From contig NIVC01004562.1 in the NCBI GenBank assembly GCA_002269645.1, positions 1 through 41,924 of the forward strand: DNA of 41,924 nt, written 5' to 3'. The position numbers and the translations under genes are program-made. Within the stretch, counting starts at the first letter, position 1; each line of letters opens with the position of its first letter. Positions 34,620 to 41,924 of the stretch are shown here, one piece after another. This stretch comes from Macrostomum lignano (taxonomy: Eukaryota). The notes beneath the pieces were generated by a model. It worked only from the letters and a program-made list of their open reading frames with translations, was not told the DNA's origin and did no database searches.

Positions 34620-34871
34620 TTGCGACTGGATGATTCCTGTCATGCATGCAGTTTTCTCCTGATTAAATTTGACACTTCTATTAACCAATTAAACAAAAAA
34701 AAGTTTTCAAAATTTCTATTCTTAATTTTTCATCAAAACTATTGAAATTTGAACTTTTTCTCTAGGTTACTTTTGAATTGAGAAGTAATTGGAGATTACT
34801 TACTATAAACACTTGCAATTTAGAAGTCGCATTAGCGCTAAATTGCTATGAATCATACTGAGGTCAGGTTG

Positions 34872-35150
34872 AACATTAGCTCGGAGGTAAACGCGTTCGA
34901 CTCTCGCACCACGACCCCTGGTTCGATTCCCTGAGCAGCCTAAGGGATTTTAGCCTAGTGGTCAGAGCGTCGGACTCGCGACTTGAAGGTCGGGGGTTCG
35001 ATTCCCGATCCCACTCGGAACAATTTGTGACTTTGAGCAAGACCAATTAACTCTGCATTGCTTCAGATGCGCCGCGCAATAGCTGCGGCTGAGCTGTCGG
35101 TTGACGGTTGCACATCTGGCCCAATTGGGGCAGGTGTAATCAATTAATTA
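34872..35150 (+). mobile_element. tRNA-derived SINE with two tandem tRNA-like heads
   Basis: Head 1: box A TAGCTCGGAGG (34877), box B GGTTCGATTCCC (34920). Head 2: box A TAGCCTAGTGG (34951), box B GGTTCGATTCCC (34995). Body CTTTGAGCAAGACCAATTAACTCTGCATTGCTTC resembles common SINE central domains. T-stem and anticodon stem are degenerate, so these are not functional tRNAs. Confidence 0.7.
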
Positions 35151-35295
35151 TTAATTGTTGTGCACAATAAATTAACTGGGGTTGGGCCAACCCACAAGGC
35201 ACAGAGACTGTACATGCCTGGCAATTAGAAAGTCGGGGCTGCTGTACACCTGTGTGAGCGCGTGTTTGAGTGCGTGCCTGCGTACAGTATTGGCG

Positions 35296-35984
35296 CGCTT
35301 GTGCTCTGCATGCCGGACGACATCGAGGCTGCAATATTCTGCCGAGGCGCTGACGGGCAGGCGACCGAGCTCCCGCGATGTCAGCAGTTTGTCTACCTCG
35401 GCTGTCTGGTTCCAGACGCTCGCGAGGACCTGCGACGCCGCCGCGGGCTTGCCTGGGCTGCCTTTCGTTCTGTGAGGGCAGTCCTGCAGTCCGAGGCCCT
35501 ACCGGACCGCCAGAGGGCGGCGCTGTTCCAAGCGGTAATCGAGACCGCCCTGCTCTACAACGCCGAGACCTGGACGCTGACGGACTCACTCGAACAACAA
35601 GTCGATGCGGCGCACGCTGGCCTGCTGCGCGCTGCCTTCAACATCGGCGTCGAGCGAGTCAACAACGCGGCACTCTATCGCCGCGCTGGCCTGCCACGTC
35701 CAAGTGATCTACTGCGCCGTCGGCGACTCCAGCTCGCAGGCCATCTCATCCGCGCCGAGTCGTACTGCCCACAGCCGGTGCAGGAGGTGCTGCTGCTCAC
35801 GCTGCAGGCACCCTACCGGCGAGGTCAAGCGCGAACTCGGCGTTACGTCGACTGTCTGCTGGCTGACGCCGGCGCCCCGGACACTGCCGGTGGCGCGGCC
35901 TTTGTTCGCGCCCAAGCCATGAAGCGCGCCCTGTGACGCTGACTTTTGCCATCCTGACAGCGTATTTTGTTGTTGTTGTTGTTG
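35296..35984 (+). mobile_element. 5'-truncated RTE-clade non-LTR retrotransposon (RT C-terminus plus tail)
   Basis: FVYLG, RRRRGLAWAAF, LLYNAETWTLT, RRRRLQLAGHLIR and RRGQARTRRY are RTE-type RT C-terminal motifs. Stop at 35936; (TTG)6 tail at 35967-35984. Confidence 0.88.
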
Positions 35985-36829
35985 ACTCTCAGGAGTCAGC
36001 GGAATGGCCAGCAGTGCCGTCAGCACTGGCTGTGGAACAATGTCGCCGAATGCTTCAGAGTGCGTCTGTCTTTAGGGCGCCAAACTAGCGCCAAGGCAAG
36101 ACTATTCAGTTGTTGATATTTTTGGCTCGACCCTTTCAAGAAAGTGAAGGATTCCATGCGTGTCATTAGCTGTCAAATCTAAGGTTTCCATGCATTTTCT
36201 GTCATGAATATTCTCGAATCTTCTTGTTTCTCTCGTGCTAATTCAGAATCATTTTTGTCAAGCATTTCCTTTCTCTGCAATTTTTTATCATTTTTTATCA
36301 TTTAGCTAATGGGAGATGATTTCATTTGAATTCGAGCGGTTATTTAAGCTGCATCAAAGGAGAAATTTCCCAATAAATCAAGCATATGCCACAACCTTTG
36401 AGAACGAAGATGAGCCCGTCAGCTGGGGATTGCAAATTGGAATTGGAATGGAATGCTATATTTTGTACTATTAAAAATTGCAATAAATTTTGTGTACTCA
36501 TTATTTTGCTTGCTGGTTGCAACTGTTGTCATCTGCTTGCACCACAGAGGTTTGATGGATAAACTGACTTTACCTCAAGCCCTGGCCTATCTGGTATCTT
36601 CATGTACACTACTCTCTCTGCATCCTCCTCAACCTCTTCCTCCGCTCGCGCCATCCACTCCCTCTCTCTGTTTCATCCTCTTTTTCTCCCTCTATCTTCC
36701 CTTCTTTTATCCCTGCTTCTCTCTTTATTGTTTTCTCCTCTCCCATCTCAGCTCTGACTTTTACTGTCTATACTTTCATCCCCTCCCCTCTCTCTCTCTC
36801 TATTTTCATCTCCCTACCATCCCCTCTCC

Positions 36830-37240
36830 CTCTACTTCCATCTCCCTTCTTCTCATCTCTGCCTCTACTTCCATCTCCCTCTCCCTTTCATCTCTCCCTC
36901 ACCTCCATCTACCTCTCCCTCTCATCTCTCCCTCACCTCCATCTACCTCTCCCTCTCATCTCTCCCTCTCATCTCTCCCTCACCTCCATCTACCTCTCCC
37001 TCTCATCTCTCCCTCACCTCCATCTCCCTCTCCCTCTCATCTCTCCCTCACCTCCATCTACCTCTCCCTCTCATCTCTCCCTCACCTCCATCTCCCTCTC
37101 CCTCTCATCTCTCCCTCACCTCCATCTACCTCTCCCTCTCATCTCTCCCTCACCTCCATCTCCCTCTCCCTCTCATCTCTCCCTCACCTCCATCTACCTC
37201 TCCCTCTCATCTCTCCCTCACCTCCATCTCCCTCTCCCTC
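36830..37240. repeat. 34-bp pyrimidine-rich minisatellite (CTCATCTCTCCCTCACCTCCATCTACCTCTCCCT) within a CT-rich tract starting ~36620
   Basis: Period of 34 read from ACCTCCATCT at 36901 and 36935. Confidence 0.9.
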
Positions 37241-37828
37241 TCTTTTCTCTGTTCGCTGCATCTGCCATTATTTTGTTTTGATATTCTCGTTTTAAACGCA
37301 ATTATGTTTTGTACTTTTACTTAGATTCCTCTCGGTAAATTCCCATCTAGCTGCCTATCGAGTCTGTTAAACGTAAATAATTGAGCACAAGAAATGCAAA
37401 AAACATGGATTGCTGCCTGTTAGGTGGAAGGCAGGATAATGCAAGCTAGTGAAATCCATTTATACAATTGTCATGCACTGCTACTCTCCCATCTCCTATA
37501 CGGTGTACACACGTAACGCAATTATACACAAACCTCATGGTGCGTTGTGCTTTCCCCGAAAAGCTAATTCAATTTACAACAAAAATGCCTACATGGAAGC
37601 AAACTTCAGATCAACTTTGCGTTGTCACCTCTTGACCTTGAAATCGGCAGGCTGTATAGTGTCTTTAGGCTCGTACACGTGATTGCTGTCACTATATCTG
37701 TATCTCTGATTTCATCCGCTCAATCAGTTTGAAAATTTTGAAAGTTTTACGCCGAAATTTTGGGATTGTTGAATTTTAGAATTTTGTGAAATTTTGGGAT
37801 TGGGAAAGCGCCCCTTGGAAAGTAAGTG

Positions 37829-37885
37829 TATTTCGGCCATGAGAATTTCGGCCATGAGAATTTCGACTATGAGTATTTCAGCTAT
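37829..37885. repeat. 15-bp tandem repeat (ATTTCGGCCATGAGA), ~4 copies
   Basis: Direct reading. Confidence 0.75.
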
Positions 37886-38350
37886 TATAGACAAGACGCA
37901 GTAAAGTTTATCAATTCAAATAAGATATTCATGCATCAAATAGATTTCATTAGTGCACTTGCAGGTGTTTCTAAAAATAGATGCTTTCAAGCAATGGTTA
38001 AAATGGCCGCAAGAACTCTGCTATTGCATTGTATTTGCTAGCTGGAAACAATTCTTACGTTAATAAGTATAGATTTTGATCTTTCTCTAATTTTGTTAGC
38101 AATTTCTGTCCGTCCAGAAATCTCACTGCGCTACTTTACTGCTCTATTTGACAGCATGCAGAAGTAAGTGCTGTTGTGACAATGCTTTTAATTTCAGATG
38201 GAGGCGGAGGAGATGGAGAGGCCACCATTAGGGGTTGGTACACGCATTTTAGGACCTAATTTTTGTATGTAGCCTTTTTCTTCTGCCAAGCATTGACGAC
38301 ACTCTCTCAACCTGGAATGTGATAGCATTTTATTTGCGCACTCGCTATTC

Positions 38351-38655
38351 ATGCTGACACATCTACTGACACTGACTCGATGCTGACACATCTACTGACC
38401 AATGACTCGATGCTGACACATCTACTGACCACTGACTCGATGCTGACACATCTACTGACCACTGACTCGATGCTGACACATCTACTGACAATGACTCGAT
38501 GCTGACACATCTACTGACACTGACTCGATGCTGACACATCTACTGACCACTGACTCGATGCTGACACATCTACTGACCACTGACTCGATGCTGACACATC
38601 TACTGACCATTGACTCGATGCTGACACACTACTGACCACTGACTCGATGCTGACA
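38351..38655. repeat. 30-bp minisatellite (TGCTGACACATCTACTGACCACTGACTCGA), ~10 copies
   Basis: Direct reading; gives the 10-aa periodic pseudo-ORF at 38511. Confidence 0.95.
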
Positions 38656-40238
38656 CAAACTTCCCCCTCCCATTGAACGTGACCGCGGTTTTGTAAATCC
38701 AAAACCAGCTGTTTCGAGCCAACTAAATCCTTCTTCTTGTTCATTTTAAAGCTCCCAGAACCGACAAAGAAAAGACAACAGAAACATGGGAGAGCAATTG
38801 TTAAGCGGACATTCCAAAAAGTGCAGAGCGCCATTAGCGCTTCCTAAGCTTTCAACTACTTTTTGAGGCTCTCTCGTCCCTAGAAAAACCTGTAATTGAC
38901 GACAGTTGCTACCCGAAAATCGACCTGCGCCTCATCTATCTAATTCTGTTTGGCTTGCTGCCTGCGACTTAAACAAAAACTATGTCCGTGCTGCAGAGTG
39001 GGTGGCCCGCCATTGTCAATAGGTATTGTGGCTGCAGTGTAGATTTGGAGGAATTTTCCATTACTGTCACGGCCACAGGGTCTAATTTTACATTCACTGC
39101 AAAATCTTCACTGCAATTCTTCATGCCCCAGCGGTCCTTTTTAGAACCAATTTCGGCTTTCAGGGTAGCGTGGTCTTGCTTTGGCTCAAAGAATGTTATT
39201 TTCACGATATATTTTTACTGGGTACAAATAAAACTACATTTTTTGTTGTTGTTTCTGCACGAGGGCCGCGCGCATTTATTGAAATTTTTTTAGTTAACAC
39301 TCTGCAACTGTGTGCACATATGGGCAACCTCGTCCTCAATATTTAGAAACTAAGCGCCTCGAATATTTAAAAGTTAGTACATGAACCAAACAAACCGAAT
39401 ATTTTTTACTACGCACGAATGCAGCTCTGATAAATTAGCTCAAGCCAGCCAACGGATGATGATGACTCGACAGATTTTTGGAGATGAGATTCAGAAATTC
39501 AGAAGAAAGTAAAAGAAATGCTGATTTACCAATGAAATAATGTATACCTTAAAATTACGATAGCCATCGTTGAGACAGCCCAATTACAACATCTTTAATC
39601 TATTTAATTCTGTGTGAAAGTTAAATATATTTTGTTAGTACTCACTTAATTTCGTGCACATTTTTAAATAAGATTTCTGTTAGTAATTTAGAACTAGATC
39701 GAGTATAGCACGTGGCACGTGAGCACACTTAGACCTTGTTCCCCATCTGTTTGGTTGAATGGTTGTTCTTAACTTCTTACTCGTGTCAACACTGTAACTC
39801 TGTAAAAGTATAAACTCATAGTAATCAAAGCAACCCGAAGTAACAATATTCTTTTAAAAAGTATTTGATTCTAAAATTTCCAGGACTCCTAAAATCTTTT
39901 TTGAACGATGCCAATGAAAGCTAAACCAAGAGTTCGAAGGCAGGCTGACTCTAAGCCACTCGCAGGTATGAAACAAAGTAGCTATTGCATTAATTTTATA
40001 TATTGACATTAAATTTATGTATTTAAAAAATTCACTTTCGTGACATAGCCATAGCCATTAGCATAGGTTCTTGGCCTTGGCCTATATTAGGCTATATTGA
40101 ACTTGTTCAGAATCAGAAGATTCAAGTTTCAACAAGCTTTGTCTTAAAATAGAAAAAAAACTTGTAATTGAGTTCCAACATAAGAGTCATTAGGCTTAAT
40201 ATAAAGTGCCTAAAAAATATTCTTTCATTAGGGCCTAA

Positions 40239-40350
40239 GGCTATCCTGTAGTTTCGCACGTTAAATTATTACCCCCACCCCCCACCACCCTTGAATAGAG
40301 GGCGAAATAATTCCGTAAAATAATTTAACGTGCGAAACTACAGGATAGCC
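40239..40350. mobile_element. 112-bp MITE with perfect 32-bp TIRs and 8-bp target-site duplication
   Basis: TIR GGCTATCCTGTAGTTTCGCACGTTAAATTATT (40239-40270) equals the reverse complement of 40319-40350. GGGCCTAA directly flanks both ends (40231-40238 and 40351-40358). Confidence 0.9.
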
Positions 40351-40964
40351 GGGCCTAAATTAAATTAATTTTTTTAATAAGAGTAACATTGAATCTTAAA
40401 GTGTGACCAATATGTATCAAAAAATATTTCTTTTTTTCAATAGCTACATATATATAATTGCAGCCATAGTCTAAAATGATTTCATGTTACTCTTAAAAAA
40501 ATTTAATTTATTTAAAAAAATTCCAATAAAAAACTCTGACTTTTCAATTGATCTATCTTTTCATCCAATTGATGATTATATACATGGCATGGCAGCCATG
40601 CCTATAAGCTCCAATGTTAGAGACACAGCCATCTACCATGTCTCTAAGTGTGAACTCATTCAATATTAATAACATGGCTGCCATGCAAGTTTCATTGACA
40701 TTGACATAGTAGCCATGTCTCTAATAGTGACTAGGTCTATACTTATAAACACTTTTATAGACACTTTACTTATAGCCTACTTTTAATGTTAGTAAAAACC
40801 AATCAAACAAAGTTATTTTCATATTTTTTATTTCTTTATTGGGAGTTAAAGTCATTTTAGCCCATAGTCCCAAGTATGTTTTATGTAGGCCTAGTCCCTA
40901 GGCTTATGCCACAAAAATTTTTGACTGCATGTGTCAAAGTGGTTCTTGTTCTCTCTATTTAAAT

Positions 40965-41110
40965 CTCAACTGCTGACACCAAAGTTGTCAAAGTGTAATT
41001 GCTCTCACTGAAATTATCCCACTACTGCAACCAAGTTGTCAAAGGGCTGATTCTTCTGTCTCTTCAAATGATTCCACAGCTGTCACTAAAGTTGTCAAAG
41101 GGCTAAACTC
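40965..41110. repeat. Degenerate ~58-bp tandem repeat with AAGTTGTCAAAG core, 3 copies
   Basis: Core at ~40982, ~41034 and ~41090. Confidence 0.55.
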
Positions 41111-41924
41111 CTGTTTATAAATGTTGGTAGCTGCCACCAAGACTATTCTATTAATAAATTATGAGTTTATTAATCTTAGAATAAGTCTGAGAATATTTCT
41201 TAGAATAGGTCTGAGTATTTAGTCTGCATATTTAGTATGAGTATTTAGTCTGAGTATTATTCTTAGAAAACTATTAGCCCTGAAAAAATTTACTCCTCTG
41301 TTATTCTGGTAGCATTTTTTCTGATTCCGGTAACGTTCACTATACTTTTGGCCTGAGTGGTCTGTTGGCTATACTAGTATATGTATTCCATGTACTTTGC
41401 AAATCCTTGGGCGTTACCGAGATCAGAGGGTCACAGCCTCCAGTTATTCTTACACATATCAATTCAGATCTGCTTTGTATTCTCTTACTACTCAATACTG
41501 CTGCTTCTTAATAGTATGTACTGTATACTCTTCAGTCTATTTCACTCTCACTTCTTAAAAAGAATCAACACAGAAAACACTTCTTCAATTCTTATTTTCT
41601 CGGAACTATTATTCTTCAATATGACTGTTTTGTTAGTGAGCTGCGATGCACAAGGTTGTTTCTCCCTCTGCCAAATCGAAATTTATACTAAAATTTGCTA
41701 AAGTTTTAAACAAAAATTTGTTAGCACAAAATATTATAGAAAATACAAGTATTAAAACAAAATATGTTTCCTAGTTTTGGCGTGAATTCAAATTGACTAA
41801 ACAGTGACTATTTTATAAAGAAATTGCGAGGGGCCCTGCACACATGTTGCCCCTATAGGAAAAGTTATAAAATTGTGGATGGTGTTTGGTGCACTTTAGA
41901 CATTTTTATAATGTGCACTGCCCT

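Larger units (their letters stand above)
36316..38260 (+). other. Possible cryptic AT-rich multi-exon gene (unidentified product)
   Basis: Phase-compatible candidate exons: 36316-36464, 36548-36593, 37325-37372, 37965-~38030, 38100-38163 and 38198-~38260. A strong GTAAGT...TTTCAG pair bounds a 34-bp intron. No recognisable homology. Confidence 0.25.

Noticed and set aside
34944-35012. Functional tRNA gene
   Set aside because: Boxes A and B are present, but the T-stem is disrupted by extra Gs and the anticodon stem pairs poorly; better explained as a SINE head.
36453-37295. 280-aa Ser/Pro/Leu/His-rich ORF
   Set aside because: A pyrimidine-only repeat cannot encode stop codons, so the long ORF is an artefact.
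38511-38834. ORF with SSQWSVDVSA repeats
   Set aside because: Antisense translation of the 30-bp minisatellite.
38660-39293. Protein-like short frames on both strands (38840-38970 plus strand; 38969-39205 minus strand)
   Set aside because: No consistent splice model or recognisable motif; left unassigned.

Overview
Eukaryotic (metazoan) genomic DNA, not prokaryotic. GC-rich, low-complexity coding exons with GT-AG introns sit in AT-rich DNA packed with unrelated minisatellites (about 9 kb, roughly 20% of the window by my hand tally) and transposon fossils. The style resembles a free-living flatworm such as Macrostomum; this is inference only. Four genes can be built by hand: (1) an intronless ~1,200-aa protein with a class I SAM-methyltransferase domain fused to a huge acidic/PQ/RS-RD/Lys-rich disordered tail (+, 6.3-9.9 kb); (2) a 3-exon, ~307-aa FAM181-like protein with a YAP-type TEAD-binding omega-loop motif (-, 17.5-20.7 kb); (3) a 5-exon monoglyceride lipase (+, 23.8-27.0 kb); (4) a 2-exon LRR transmembrane receptor with no TIR domain (+, 32.0-34.6 kb). 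Mobile DNA includes a Crypton-type tyrosine-recombinase remnant inside a nest of CCATAGAC-bearing inverted repeats, Tc1/IS630-like, mariner and piggyBac remnants, a double-headed tRNA-derived SINE, an RTE-clade LINE 3' end, and several MITE-like palindromes. All coordinates and alignments were read by eye; no database searches were run, and family consensus motifs are quoted from memory.
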